From: Saccharolobus sp. E5-1-F
GTDB lineage: Archaea > Thermoproteota > Thermoprotei_A > Sulfolobales > Sulfolobaceae
Assembly (NCBI RefSeq): GCF_009601705.1
Contig: NZ_CP045687.1
Location: 2,469,320-2,501,319, forward strand
Reading direction: 5' to 3'
DNA length: 32,000 nucleotides
Part shown: positions 1 to 10,836 of the stretch, piece after piece
How positions within the stretch are numbered: the stretch's first letter is position 1
How the letters are laid out: each line of letters begins with the position of its first letter
The notes under the pieces: model-generated
Seen by the model: only the letters and a program-made list of their open reading frames with translations
Told to the model about the DNA's origin: nothing
Databases searched by the model: none
Program-made: the position numbers and the translations under genes

Positions 1-1759
1 TTATTTGCCCCTCAACCTCTTCCTTGACTAGAGCCCTACCAACATCATCAACTGCGTAATAATCTAATATCTTAACAAAGCCCGTCTCTCTATTTACATC
101 TACTACTGCAACATGCGCACCTGGTGAAAATATATCGTCTGATCTATAGAAGACCTCAACCTCAACTCCATTTAATTCTTTTATTGCCTTATCAATTGGC
201 ATGTTAATTTTGCTTAATAATTGTTTACACGCTTCAATTACTGCAGAACCTCCAATAGTGCCACCTCTAGAACCAAAACTACCAACTCCCTCCTTTACGC
301 CCTCAGTTGTGTTAGTAATGACCTCAATAATATCCTGTGATATTCCTAAAACCTCGGATGCTAATTTAGAGAACGTATCAGAATAGGCTTGTCCGTGGGG
401 ACCAGTTCCTACAAATATCTTAACCTTACCGTTCTCTATCCTAACTCTAGCACCCTCTCCCGGTGATAATCTCACGATGTCGGTAAATATCACTATGGAG
501 ACTCCTTTATCCTTGTAAACTTCCTTAGCCTTTCTATAGTACTTCTCAGCAGTATCCAAAACCTCCCTATAACCAGCAGGGTCAATCTTAACTCCTAACG
601 GTGTTACGTATCCGTTATCCCCAAATAAGTTCTTTCTCCTAATTTCTACAGGGTCCATGCCTAACTCCTCAGCCAAATCATCAACAAGAGTCTCATGAAT
701 TAGTGCAGCCTCCGGTCTACCAGCGCCCCTGTAGGGACCAGTTGGTGGTTGGTTTGTAAAAACTCCTAACGCTCTAATAGAGGCAAACTTCATCTTATAG
801 GGACCAGTTAATAAACTAGCTATGAATCCCGGAGTTGTGGGGTTAATTGTGTAATTATACGCACCTAAATCGACTGCGACGTAACCCTCTATGCCTAAAA
901 TTTCACCTTGCCTAGTTGCATATAGTTTAACATCTGATAATACTCCTCTACCAACAGTTGGGTTTTTCAAGTGTTCATACCTAGTTTCAATCCACTTTAC
1001 TGGCCTATTCAGCTTCATAGATGCAATTGCTGCTAAGACGTATTCGGGATGCGATGGTACCTTATTTCCAAATCCACCTCCCACATTAGGTGCAGAGTAA
1101 ACCCTTATCTTTTCGGGCGAAAAATTCAAAGCTTCTCTAAGGTCATTCCTTATCCTAAAGGCAGATTGAAAAGAACCATAAACGTTTAGATGTTCACCAT
1201 CCCAGTGTACTATAACTCCCTTAGGTTCCATAGGGTTTGAAACTATCCTATTCTGTTTGATTTTCCTACTTACAACAACTTCCGCTTTACTCTTGGCTGA
1301 TAACTCACCGCCTTCGAGTAATAGATCTACTGAAATGTTCTTCTTAACACCAGGATGTATCTCTTCATCATTATCCATAGCCTTTTCCAGATCGACTACT
1401 GGTTTTAATTCTTCGTAATCAATTGTAACCTCCTCAGCAATATCTTCGATCTTATATCTGTCATCAACGACAAACGCTAGAACTGGTTGGCCTACAAAGT
1501 TAACCCTTCCATCTGCTAAAACTGGCATTCTGACAATCTTTGATGACTTAGAAATGTTAGGTGGAACTGGGACTGGCATATAGGTTTTTACATCTTCCCA
1601 CGTTAGGGATAAGAGTGCACTTTCAGGTTTAGATATGCTTCTTATTATCCCCCTCGCAATCTGTGATCTAACTACACCAAGGTAAACTACGTTTTTCGGA
1701 TTTATATCATCAATGTAACTCCCCTTTCCAATTATTTTAGGAAGATCCTCTTTTATCAT
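1..1759 (-). CDS. Xanthine dehydrogenase / CO dehydrogenase-family molybdopterin-binding (large) subunit, C-terminus cut by window edge
   Basis: Manual reverse translation from ATG at 1759 gives MIKEDLPKIIGKGSYIDDINPKNVVYLGVVRSQIARG..., ...SAPNVGGGFGNKVPSHPEYVLAA..., ...TGPYRGAGRPEA..., ...AVDDVGRALVKEEVEGQ, typical of the CoxL/XdhB-type family. The frame appears open to the edge. It is absent from the ORF track because no stop falls in the window. Confidence 0.9.
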   Translation of the reverse strand, partial: MIKEDLPKIIGKGSYIDDINPKNVVYLGVVRSQIARGIIRSISKPESALLSLTWEDVKTYMPVPVPPNISKSSKIVRMPVLADGRVNFVGQPVLAFVVDDRYKIEDIAEEVTIDYEELKPVVDLEKAMDNDEEIHPGVKKNISVDLLLEGGELSAKSKAEVVVSRKIKQNRIVSNPMEPKGVIVHWDGEHLNVYGSFQSAFRIRNDLREALNFSPEKIRVYSAPNVGGGFGNKVPSHPEYVLAAIASMKLNRPVKWIETRYEHLKNPTVGRGVLSDVKLYATRQGEILGIEGYVAVDLGAYNYTINPTTPGFIASLLTGPYKMKFASIRALGVFTNQPPTGPYRGAGRPEAALIHETLVDDLAEELGMDPVEIRRKNLFGDNGYVTPLGVKIDPAGYREVLDTAEKYYRKAKEVYKDKGVSIVIFTDIVRLSPGEGARVRIENGKVKIFVGTGPHGQAYSDTFSKLASEVLGISQDIIEVITNTTEGVKEGVGSFGSRGGTIGGSAVIEACKQLLSKINMPIDKAIKELNGVEVEVFYRSDDIFSPGAHVAVVDVNRETGFVKILDYYAVDDVGRALVKEEVEGQI

Positions 1760-1851
1760 CGTTATAAATGTTGGTTAGCTACTTAATAGTTTTTCTTGAA
1801 ACTTGTACGATGAAACTTGTTTGATGAAGTATATATTTAGCTTTATTACGA

Positions 1852-2721
1852 GTGATAAGTATGACGAAGTACGTTTCGTTTTATGTGGGAAACGTTAGAA
1901 AACTTGGGATAGTAGAGGGAGATAATATATACGAGATACACGATTTCGGAAAGGAAGAACCTAAGGGAAAGACCTATAAGCTAAGTGAAATAGTTTTCGA
2001 TATTCCCGTACTACCTTCAGCAATAATATGTACTTTAGTTAATACTCCAAGAATGATTGGAGTTAGTAACAAGGAGGAGGCAAGGGAAATGGTTAAAAGT
2101 CCTAAATTCTTTTTAAAACTTCCGACTGTTGCTATAGCTCATAAACAACCAATATTATCACTTGAGGATGCGATACGTCCAGAGGTCGAAATAGGGATAG
2201 TAATTAAATCAAAGATGAAGGAGGTACCAAAGAGCAAGGTGAAGGATTACATTCTGGGTTATACAGTATTCAACGATATAACCTATCCTCCAGGTATGAA
2301 GGAGGATTCGTATTATGCAATGAGACGAGATCCAGCTGATGGTAAAATAAAGAAAATGTTATTTAGGGGTACACACTTCAGAAATAAGGTTAGGGATACT
2401 TTTGCACCAATGGGACCGTATCTTGTCACAGATGAAGAGATTGGCGATATTAACTCATTGAAGATGAGGAGTTATTATAATGGTGAATTGGTTCAAGATG
2501 GGAATTCTAATGAGTTCATATTCTCTATAGAGGAAATTTTGGAGGAGTTATCAAAAATAGTTACAATTCCACCACTTAGTGTTGTTTCTACTGGAAGTGT
2601 TGGCTATATTAACGCTCAAGACGCTTCCGAATTTCACTTAAAGCCAATTGAAAATGCCATAATGGTTGCTGAAATAGAGAAGATAGGTAGATTGGAGAAT
2701 CCGACAAAAATTATAAAATGA
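1852..2721 (+). CDS. Fumarylacetoacetate hydrolase (FAH) family protein
   Basis: Contains [30 protein letters not shown] and STGSVGYI-like FAH C-terminal features. A TATA-like element at about 1831-1838 suggests the true start may be ATG 1861 rather than GTG 1852. Confidence 0.85.
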   Translation: MISMTKYVSFYVGNVRKLGIVEGDNIYEIHDFGKEEPKGKTYKLSEIVFDIPVLPSAIICTLVNTPRMIGVSNKEEAREMVKSPKFFLKLPTVAIAHKQPILSLEDAIRPEVEIGIVIKSKMKEVPKSKVKDYILGYTVFNDITYPPGMKEDSYYAMRRDPADGKIKKMLFRGTHFRNKVRDTFAPMGPYLVTDEEIGDINSLKMRSYYNGELVQDGNSNEFIFSIEEILEELSKIVTIPPLSVVSTGSVGYINAQDASEFHLKPIENAIMVAEIEKIGRLENPTKIIK

Positions 2722-2849
2722 GTTGTTCCTCTCTCTAATGCCATATCAGCAGATTCCAAGTAATCTCCTCAAAAATAAATCTGTAATATTGATAAGTGTT
2801 TCTTCCTTTTTAATTGGATAATCTCTACAGTAGGTATATTAACACTTAA

Positions 2850-3560
2850 TCAATAACAGAATTTGCTAAAGTCTTAAATTCTCTCTTCACGTGAGCAAAG
2901 AGAGAATAGGGGAACATTGCTATTTAGAAGGTTATTACGCGAAATAAGAACTTAGCCAAACTTATGACCTAAAAGAAGACCTAATATGTTGCTATATGAA
3001 GTCTCTATGAGAATCCTTACATTGCCATATAGTTCTAATACTTATTTCTTGGATAGATCAAGATTAGTAGCCATAACTAATACTTGATACTTTCCTTTTC
3101 CCTCTCTTCTCCCTACAATGAATGATTAATCTGAACTTGACTTTCTGGTCCTTCTCGCGTAACTCACTATTCGTTTCGTACTTCCCGTTCAATTGATTTT
3201 CACATTACAACTAATACTGATTGATATTACTTCAATTGTGAAATAAAGATTATTATGTAGATAAAGTAGAATCTTAAATCTAGTATAATTATACTTACCT
3301 TCAGCACATTCCGTTACTTGTTACAATCTCCACAATCTCTTTCCATGTCATTACTGTTTCCTTTTGTATAAATTCTTATGCGAGTAGTTTGTTGTTACCG
3401 TTATGCGTCTTTCCAAAGAGTATGCTGCTTTTCTTTTATTCCTTGAGAGGTTAATATGAAAAGTAATCATATCTTGTTTGTTGAATGTCGTTTTTGTGAG
3501 CAAAATGAGTATTCCGCTTCTGCTGCAACATTTAGGACTTTGGTTTTGTCATCTTAAATT
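2850..3560 (-). pseudogene. Decayed DDE-type insertion-sequence transposase remnant
   Basis: Reverse-strand fragments in shifting frames: KYETNSELREKDQKVKFRLIIH, KYQVLVMATNLDLSKK*VLELYGN...IETSY, SLAKFLFRVITF*IAMFPYSLFAHVKREFKTL. These resemble a DDE transposase C-terminus broken by stops and frameshifts. The N-terminal part (3240-3560) is much less certain. Confidence 0.6.
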
Positions 3561-3772
3561 TTTTCTCGTATACTCAATAGTAGTAATATTATTAATTTTA
3601 TTACTCTTACAACTTTAATATTCGGAAAATAATTAGTACAAAATTGTCAAGTTGTATCGATATAGTCTATTAATCCACATTTCTATTATTATCTTATATA
3701 ATTATATAATATCTTAAGTAGTCTTATTTATAAACTTACTAACTATATTTCACTACAAAATTATAGGTCAAA

Positions 3773-4480
3773 TTAAACTTTTTTTATCAGTATTTTAAGT
3801 TTATCATTTTTACTGTATACGACGAATTCGTTATTGACAAAATTGGAATCTGGAATGATCTCTACAATATTAGCATCTCTTTTTATGGTAAATGGAATAT
3901 CGTGACCAGGTACTACCTTATTGGCAAGTTGTAACACTTTTCTAATACTTCTATTAGCTTGGGTAATATCATAATACGCAAAAGATGTTTCGCCACTCTG
4001 CGCGTCAACGATGTATTTAATAGCGTCTCCAACGAAAATGGTATCGTTATATATTACACCTAAACTTCCAGCAGTATGGCCTGGCAATAAGATAAACTTC
4101 AAGCCATATACTTCCTCATTATCTTTGACTAAAATCATTCTATCCTTTAACAGATCTGGTAGATAAGTAACTGAATAATTATCCGGATTTGTTCTTGTAT
4201 ATTCAACTTCTTCCCTGGTAGTATAAACTTTGGCATTTGGAAATACTAGTGAGTTGAGCGAATGATCATAATGCATATGGGATAAAATAATCCCATCAAT
4301 ATCAGATGGTGACAATCCGTTATCTTTTAATGCTTTTAATAACACTTCCTTATTTCCGAAGTGTCCCGGATCATAAATCAAATATTTATCATCAGCGTTA
4401 ATTAATATAACATTACAAAAACCTACGAAACCTAAACTAGTAAAAACCGGTACTCCATTAACTAAGATCTTCCAACTCAT
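3773..4480 (-). CDS. Metallo-beta-lactamase fold hydrolase (lactonase-like)
   Basis: HMHYDHSLN metal-binding motif, LPGHTAGSLG, GDAI and VPGHDIPF motifs. Confidence 0.85.
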   Translation of the reverse strand: MSWKILVNGVPVFTSLGFVGFCNVILINADDKYLIYDPGHFGNKEVLLKALKDNGLSPSDIDGIILSHMHYDHSLNSLVFPNAKVYTTREEVEYTRTNPDNYSVTYLPDLLKDRMILVKDNEEVYGLKFILLPGHTAGSLGVIYNDTIFVGDAIKYIVDAQSGETSFAYYDITQANRSIRKVLQLANKVVPGHDIPFTIKRDANIVEIIPDSNFVNNEFVVYSKNDKLKILIKKV

Positions 4481-4540
4481 AACGAAAATTAGTTATCTCA
4501 TAGTAAAAAGTTTATATTGATCTAATCAGATAAGCCCAAC

Positions 4541-5269
4541 ATGGAGTGGATAAAAGTAGGAGTGATAATTCCTTCTTCTAATACTACTGTAGAATATGAA
4601 TTTAATAGTGTACTTAATCAGATTAGGGAATATAGAATTACCCCTCACTTTTCAAGAATAATGCTGAGAAACGTTACTATAGAGGATTTAGCAGAAATGG
4701 AGAAGGAGACAGAAAGGGCTGCTATTGAATTGTCAACGATCTCGCCTCACATTATTTCTTATGCTTGTACCACTGGTAGTCTATTTAAAGGACCAACACA
4801 TCATGAGGAAATAATCCGAAGAATAGAGAAGACTGCGAAAGTTCCAGCTACTGCTACGTCTGGGTCTGTAATAAATGCGCTGAGGAAATTAGGTGTAAAA
4901 AGACTAGTTCTACTCACACCTTATATAGAAGAGGTTAACAAAAAAGAAATAGAGTTCTTATTTAAGAACGATTTTGAAGTAGTTAGAAACGCAGGAATGG
5001 GTATCCGTGAGAATATTAGAATAGGCCAAGTGACACCTGAGGAAGTATATAATTTTGCAATAAACGTTCTTAAAGACATTAAGGAGGATTATGAAGGTAT
5101 TTTTATTTCTTGCACGAATCTTAGAACATTCGAGATTCTCGATAGAATAGAAAGGAAATTAGGAAAACCAGTAATCAGCAGTAACAGTGCTACATTATGG
5201 GAAGTACTATATAAACTGAACATTAACATTAAAATAAAAGGGTTAGGGCAATTATTCGAATTAAATTAA
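4541..5269 (+). CDS. Maleate cis-trans isomerase / Asp-Glu racemase superfamily protein
   Basis: GVIIPSSNTTVEYEF N-terminus, YACTTGSLFKG, ISCTNLRTFE with paired catalytic cysteines, PVISSNSATLWE. Confidence 0.8.
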   Translation: MEWIKVGVIIPSSNTTVEYEFNSVLNQIREYRITPHFSRIMLRNVTIEDLAEMEKETERAAIELSTISPHIISYACTTGSLFKGPTHHEEIIRRIEKTAKVPATATSGSVINALRKLGVKRLVLLTPYIEEVNKKEIEFLFKNDFEVVRNAGMGIRENIRIGQVTPEEVYNFAINVLKDIKEDYEGIFISCTNLRTFEILDRIERKLGKPVISSNSATLWEVLYKLNINIKIKGLGQLFELN

Positions 5270-5413
5270 AAACCTTAAAAAAAAGTAAAAGGAGTTACAA
5301 TTACGATAAGGATGAAAGGAAGCCATTAAAAGAGATAAGAGATTAAAGATTATTGATATATCTAAATAAATAAAACATAAATATATGAGGCTCAAATTGT
5401 ATATAGTGGGAGA

Positions 5414-6730
5414 ATGGTTTCCGAGAAAACTAAGGCTATAGTTGCATCAAGCTTTGGAATGGCACTAGAATGGTATGATTTTTTCATCTACACTTTTGTA
5501 GCTACTGTTGTTTCGAAACTATTCTTTCCATCATCTAATCCAATAACTTCACTATTAGCTTTTTACTTAACGTTCTTCATAGGATTTTTAGGTAGACCAC
5601 TAGGTGGTTTAGTTTTCGGATATATAGGAGACAAACTAGGAAGAAAGTCTTCACTAGTCTTTACTATTTTGCTTACTGGACTTAGCGTATTTTTTGTTGG
5701 ACTCTTACCAACATATTATCAAATAGGTATATTAGCGCCGATCCTACTCGCTATACTAAGGTTTTTAACGGGTGTGGCGTTAGGCGGTGAATGGGGTGGT
5801 GCATTTTCGTTAACATCGGAATACGTAAATCCAAACAGAAGAGGGTTATATTCAGGTATTCTTCAAGCAACGGTATCTATTGCCAATTTGCTAGCAACTG
5901 GTATAATCTTTGTTATAATCGCAATAATGGGACAAACTGGGTTTGATAACTTCGGATGGAGAATATTATTCTACACTGGGCTATTTATTGCAATAATAGG
6001 ATTAATAATAAGACTTAGAATTGAAGATTCACCGGTATTTAGAAAATTAAGAGAGGAGCGAAAAGTAGTAAGAAATCCAATCACTGAAGCATTTAGAAAT
6101 TATTGGAAATTAATAGTTGCAAATCTATTTATAGTTGGGGTTATTAATGGAGCTTGGTATTATACAAATTTCGCATATTCCATAAGCTATGCTACAACTA
6201 TAGCCCAACGTTTTAATATGCCTCATCTTTCCCTTCAAGTAATAAATTTCGCTATACTCATTGTATCAGTAGTAGGCATATTTGCCTCGATATTTTTTGG
6301 ATATTTATCCGACCTTATTGGAAGAAGGACGCAAATCATAATAAATGCCATAATAGGTATAGTACTAGCTTATCCATACTACTATTTATTACTTCAAGGT
6401 AATGAATTAGCGGCAATCAGTGCAATAATTCTTGGTGGATTATTAATATACTATTTTTCGGGTGCAATAACGCCAGCGTTTCTTGTTGAATCATACCCGC
6501 CAACTGTCAGATATACTGCAATATCATTTACATATCAAATAGGTGTTGGATTCATAGGGGGTCTTACACCGTTTATCTTGACTTATTTAGTTGGCGTGAC
6601 TAACAACATATTCTCTCCAGTTTACTTTACAATCGCAACTGGTTTAATCGTTCTAATACTCGCACTGTCTCTTAAGGAAACTAAAGGAAAAATTTATGAA
6701 GGAGAAGAGATACTAAAACAAGAATATTAG
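5414..6730 (+). CDS. MFS transporter, metabolite:H+ symporter-like
   Basis: Twelve-TM-like hydrophobic pattern; WYDFFIYTFVATVVSKLFFP, FLGRPLGGLVFGYIGDKLGRK, GEWGGAFSL motifs. Confidence 0.9.
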   Translation: MVSEKTKAIVASSFGMALEWYDFFIYTFVATVVSKLFFPSSNPITSLLAFYLTFFIGFLGRPLGGLVFGYIGDKLGRKSSLVFTILLTGLSVFFVGLLPTYYQIGILAPILLAILRFLTGVALGGEWGGAFSLTSEYVNPNRRGLYSGILQATVSIANLLATGIIFVIIAIMGQTGFDNFGWRILFYTGLFIAIIGLIIRLRIEDSPVFRKLREERKVVRNPITEAFRNYWKLIVANLFIVGVINGAWYYTNFAYSISYATTIAQRFNMPHLSLQVINFAILIVSVVGIFASIFFGYLSDLIGRRTQIIINAIIGIVLAYPYYYLLLQGNELAAISAIILGGLLIYYFSGAITPAFLVESYPPTVRYTAISFTYQIGVGFIGGLTPFILTYLVGVTNNIFSPVYFTIATGLIVLILALSLKETKGKIYEGEEILKQEY

Positions 6731-6873
6731 CTCAAAAATAAATATATCTTTTTTTATCTTATTACCAATATCATAGAACTAATTATTTATACATACTTGA
6801 TACTAAATAATGAAGTACATTATACAGTGCCTCTTTTTTGGATAAATCTTAAAAGTTAAGCTAGCTAGTATCA

Positions 6874-6932
6874 CTTGGTGAAGAGAACTCCCCAGCCTGA
6901 ACGGTGAGGAGTCCTTTAAGCGCTGAGTTTTT
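6874..6932 (+). ncRNA. C/D box small guide RNA predicted to target 16S rRNA at two neighbouring sites
   Basis: Box C GTGAAGA (6878-6884), 12-nt guide gaactccccagc, D' CTGA (6897-6900), 3 nt, C' GTGAGGA (6904-6910), 12-nt guide gtcctttaagcg, D CTGA (6923-6926), T-run. TATA-like cttaaaagtt lies about 25 nt upstream. Guide antisense sequences contain CTGGGGAGT and CTTAAAGGA, both in conserved archaeal 16S. Confidence 0.85.
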
Positions 6933-6958
6933 AAGCGGAAATATATCTTTATTATGTA

Positions 6959-7270
6959 ATGTTAAAGGTAATCGAAATCAATGGGTATCCGATAATGATT
7001 TATGAAAAAGACGGTGAAGAGCACAAATACCTAGCGGGTTGTCCTCATAAGCAAAGGCCAATAACTGCTGAAGGATATAAAATTGATGGGGATTACATAG
7101 TTTGTCCATTTCATAATGCAGTATTCTCACTTATCACGGGTGAATTAATGAAACCACCAAATTCCAAAACACCTTGTCCGACCGATTGTAGATTAATAAG
7201 GGTCAAGATAATAAATGGGGAAGTAACTTTTGAGGATAAACCATTTATACCTAAAATGAAGGGTAAATAA
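6959..7270 (+). CDS. Rieske [2Fe-2S] ferredoxin-like protein
   Basis: CPHKQRPI...[10 protein letters not shown] (CxH...CxxH). Confidence 0.85.
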   Translation: MLKVIEINGYPIMIYEKDGEEHKYLAGCPHKQRPITAEGYKIDGDYIVCPFHNAVFSLITGELMKPPNSKTPCPTDCRLIRVKIINGEVTFEDKPFIPKMKGK

Positions 7271-7272
7271 GT

Positions 7273-9216
7273 ATGGAATGTAAGGTTGCAATAGATATTG
7301 GTGGAACTTTCACTGACTTCATTATCTTATCTAATGACGGAGACATTAAGACAGTAAAAGTCCTAACTAACCCTAAGGATCCTGGGCAAGTAATTAAGGA
7401 TATACTAAGCACTCTGAATTGCAATGTAAATGAGATAGCTCACGCTACTACTCTTGCAACGAACACGCTACTAGGACAAGAAAACTTGACAATACCAAAA
7501 ACTGCCTTATTGATTACAAAAGGATTTAGAGATATTATTGAAATAGGTAGACAGAATAGACCCAGACTTTACGATCTGTATTTTGAAAAACCAAGACAGC
7601 TAGTCCCAAGGGATTTAAGATTTGAAATTAATGAGAGAGTTGATGCTGAAGGTAATATAATGAAGGAAGTAGATCAAGATGAAATAGAAAGAGTTGTTAA
7701 GAAACTTTTAAATGAAAATGTACTATCTATTGCAGTAAGTTTTCTGCACTCCTATCTGAATCCAAAAAATGAGCTGATTACTGAAAACGTATTAAAGAAG
7801 TACTTCAAATACATCTCAGTATCGGCTAAGATAGCACCAGAACCAAGGGAATATGAGAGATCTTCCACCGCTGTAGTTAACGCAGTACTAATGCCATTAG
7901 TATCTGCATATCTTGAAAAATTACAAGTCTCTTTGCCAACTGAAAACTTTTACATTATGTCTAGTTCAGGGGGATTAATTGATATTAAAGAAGCTTCTGA
8001 AAAGCCAGTACAACTGATCGAATCTGGACCAGCAGCTGGTGTAATAGCTTCAGCTAGTTTCTTACCTAATGAGAGTTTAATAACCTTTGACATGGGTGGT
8101 ACTACTGCTAAAGCTGGTGTCGTAATTAATGGAAATTTCGAAATGAGTACTGAATACGAAGTTGGAGGAGAAGTACATCACGGAAGGTTGGTTAAGGGTA
8201 GTGGATATCCGATAAGATTCCCATTTGTAGATTTAGCGGAAGTATCTGCAGGCGGAGGTACAATAATATGGAGAGATGAGGCTAATGCCTTAAAGGTTGG
8301 ACCCATAAGTGCTGGCGCTGATCCCGGACCAATTTCTTACGGCAAAGGAGGAAACAGACCCACCATAGCTGATGCAAATTTGATTTTAGGAAGATTAGGA
8401 ACTGAACTAATTGGTGGCAATCTAAAATTAGACAAAGAGAGTGCAATAAGAGGAATGAGTAAGCTCGGTGATCCATATGAGGTAAGTAGGAACGCTTTAG
8501 AATTGATTAACCTAGAGATGGCTAGAGCAATAAGGCTAGTTACAGTGGAGAGGGGATTAGATCCATCAAACTTCTCCTTAATAGCCTTTGGAGGTGCTGG
8601 TCCACAACATGCACTATACTTAGCTGAGGAGATTGGGATAGAAAAGGTTATAATATCGCCTCATCCAGGATTATTCAGTGCATTGGGACTATTACTGGCT
8701 GATTGGCGTTTTGAAGTTAGGAAATCATATCCTAAAGATCTTGAGAGTGAATTTAAGCAATTGGAAAAGGAGCTATACGAGAAGTTAAAGGGAAACGTCG
8801 ATTACTTCTTGAGATTTGCAGATGTGAGGTATGAGGGACAAGGATGGGAATTAACAATTCCAGTAAATAACGTTTATGAAGTTAGGAAAGTGTTTGAAGA
8901 GAAACATCTAGCTACTTACGGTTTCGTGATGAAGGATAGGGAGATAGAGGTTGTTACAATAAGAGTTTTCGCTATCAAGAAGAGACCATTACCTAGAATA
9001 AAGGTAACTTTTGGAAATTGGGATAAGCCAAAGGAGGTTAGAAAAGTAATGATTAATGACGATTGGGTAAATGTCAACGTTTATGTCAGGGAAAAGTTGC
9101 CTAAAGGCTTTAGAATAAGGGGACCAGCAATAATTGAGGAATACAGTTCTACTATAGTTATAAAGGATGGTTGGAATGCAACTATAGATGACTCAATAGT
9201 ATTGGTGAGAGAATGA
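7273..9216 (+). CDS. Hydantoinase/oxoprolinase family protein, A subunit (HyuA-like)
   Basis: [52 protein letters not shown] motifs. Confidence 0.92.
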   Translation: MECKVAIDIGGTFTDFIILSNDGDIKTVKVLTNPKDPGQVIKDILSTLNCNVNEIAHATTLATNTLLGQENLTIPKTALLITKGFRDIIEIGRQNRPRLYDLYFEKPRQLVPRDLRFEINERVDAEGNIMKEVDQDEIERVVKKLLNENVLSIAVSFLHSYLNPKNELITENVLKKYFKYISVSAKIAPEPREYERSSTAVVNAVLMPLVSAYLEKLQVSLPTENFYIMSSSGGLIDIKEASEKPVQLIESGPAAGVIASASFLPNESLITFDMGGTTAKAGVVINGNFEMSTEYEVGGEVHHGRLVKGSGYPIRFPFVDLAEVSAGGGTIIWRDEANALKVGPISAGADPGPISYGKGGNRPTIADANLILGRLGTELIGGNLKLDKESAIRGMSKLGDPYEVSRNALELINLEMARAIRLVTVERGLDPSNFSLIAFGGAGPQHALYLAEEIGIEKVIISPHPGLFSALGLLLADWRFEVRKSYPKDLESEFKQLEKELYEKLKGNVDYFLRFADVRYEGQGWELTIPVNNVYEVRKVFEEKHLATYGFVMKDREIEVVTIRVFAIKKRPLPRIKVTFGNWDKPKEVRKVMINDDWVNVNVYVREKLPKGFRIRGPAIIEEYSSTIVIKDGWNATIDDSIVLVRE

Positions 9217-10769
9217 CGAGTTGGGAAATAATTTACAAAGCCTCGGAGTTCATCGCTGAGGAAATGGGCGTTATGCTTAAGAGATCAGCAATGTCACCGA
9301 ACATTAGGGAGAGGATGGATCATAGCTGTGCAATAACAGACGCTGAGGGTAATATTGTAGCCCAAGCTGAGCATATACCAGTTCACCTAGGCTCATTTAG
9401 TATTGGAGTTAAGAACACGTTGAACTTAATAGGTGAGCTAGAAGAGGGTGATATGGTTATTTTAAACGATCCTTATATATCCGGTACTCACTTGAATGAC
9501 GTAATGGTTTTGGCACCAGTTTACTATAATGGCAAGTTGGTAGGATATGTGGTAAATAAAGCGCATCATGTTGATGTAGGTGGACCAATGCCGGGTAGTC
9601 TTAATCCATATGCAACCACAATTTATGAGGAGGGCTTCGTAATACCCCCAGTGAGGTTAATGAGAAAAGGGCAAATAAATAATGAGATTGTTGATATAAT
9701 TAAGCAGAACTTTAAGGTACCTGAAGTATCAATAGGTGATTTGAATGCACAAATCTCGGCAAACCTTAACGGTATAGCTAGGATTAAGCAAATGTTTGAT
9801 AAGTACAGATATGATAACGTTCTTAGCGCGTGGAATACGTCTATGGAATACGGAAAGAAACTAGGACTATCTGAGATTTCAAAATGGGGTAATGGTGTAG
9901 GCGAGGATGAGGATTATTTAGAGATAGGTGACGAGCTAAAGAAGATAAGACTAAAGATTAAGATTGATGAAGATGGTATTTACGCTGATTTCACTGGAAC
10001 TGATACCCAGATTGAGGGACCTTTAAATGCAGTATACGGAGTTACGTTTTCCGCTGTTAGTTTCGCAATAAGATCATTAATAGGCAAGGACATTCCTACA
10101 AATGAGGGCTTTTACAGTCTGATTAAGGTTAATGCACCTAAAGGTACGATCGTTGATCCCAATAAGCCAGGAGCAGTTGGTGGTGGTAATGTTGAGACCT
10201 CACAGAGAATCGCTGATGTTACCTTTAAGGCATTATCTCACCTTATTAGTGTTCCAGCTGCTGGTTCAGGTACTATGATGAATGTGATGATGGGTGGTAT
10301 TTACAAAGGTAAGTATTGGGCATATTATGAGACGATAGGTGGTGGTACTGGAGCAAGGCCGAATAAGGATGGAGTATCTGGAGTGCAAGTTAATATGACT
10401 AATACTTTAAATACTCCTATTGAGATTGCTGAGAGATATTATCCATTAATGTTCACAATGTATAGGATTAGGGAAGGGAGTGGTGGGAATGGTAAATATA
10501 AAGGCGGAGATGGGATAATTAGAGCATTTAAGGTCTTAGAGAAGACTAGGTTATCAATTATGGCTGAGAGGTTTAAAGTTCCTCCTTGGGGCTTAAAAGG
10601 TGGTGAAAGCGGAAAACCGGGAAAGGTCACGATAATAAGAAGTAACGGTATAAAGGAGGAAATGCCTAGTAAGTTCTCAACAATTTTAAATAAGGATGAT
10701 GAAGTGATTATTGAAACTCCAGGCGGTGGGGGATATTATACTTCTAATGAGAATTGGAGAAGATCATAA
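9213..10769 (+). CDS. Hydantoinase B / oxoprolinase family protein (HyuB-like)
   Basis: [63 protein letters not shown]. Overlaps the HyuA-like ORF by 4 nt. Confidence 0.92.
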   Translation: MTSWEIIYKASEFIAEEMGVMLKRSAMSPNIRERMDHSCAITDAEGNIVAQAEHIPVHLGSFSIGVKNTLNLIGELEEGDMVILNDPYISGTHLNDVMVLAPVYYNGKLVGYVVNKAHHVDVGGPMPGSLNPYATTIYEEGFVIPPVRLMRKGQINNEIVDIIKQNFKVPEVSIGDLNAQISANLNGIARIKQMFDKYRYDNVLSAWNTSMEYGKKLGLSEISKWGNGVGEDEDYLEIGDELKKIRLKIKIDEDGIYADFTGTDTQIEGPLNAVYGVTFSAVSFAIRSLIGKDIPTNEGFYSLIKVNAPKGTIVDPNKPGAVGGGNVETSQRIADVTFKALSHLISVPAAGSGTMMNVMMGGIYKGKYWAYYETIGGGTGARPNKDGVSGVQVNMTNTLNTPIEIAERYYPLMFTMYRIREGSGGNGKYKGGDGIIRAFKVLEKTRLSIMAERFKVPPWGLKGGESGKPGKVTIIRSNGIKEEMPSKFSTILNKDDEVIIETPGGGGYYTSNENWRRS

Positions 10770-10836
10770 TTATTTTTTAGTGTTTCACGGTGATGGGAAA
10801 AGCTTTTAGGTATAAGAAAAGCTTTCATTTAATACT

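Noticed and set aside
201-1100. Forward ORFs 201-386 and 891-1100
   Set aside because: Antisense to the molybdenum hydroxylase large subunit running off the left edge.
2878-2907. 10-bp inverted repeat ATTCTCTCTT-N10-AAGAGAGAAT as a possible terminator or sRNA hairpin
   Set aside because: It falls within the fossil transposase coding remnant, has no T-run or promoter, and is more likely incidental.
8282-8476. Reverse-strand 64-aa ORF
   Set aside because: Lies fully inside the well-supported HyuA-like gene; low-complexity translation with no motif.
10439-10630. Reverse-strand 63-aa ORF
   Set aside because: Antisense to the HyuB-like gene; Pro-rich mirror of Gly-rich coding.
10791-10835. Box-C-like GTGATGG and repeated GAAAAGCTTT motif
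   Set aside because: No D box in range and the repeat is short; cannot support an sRNA or regulatory site.
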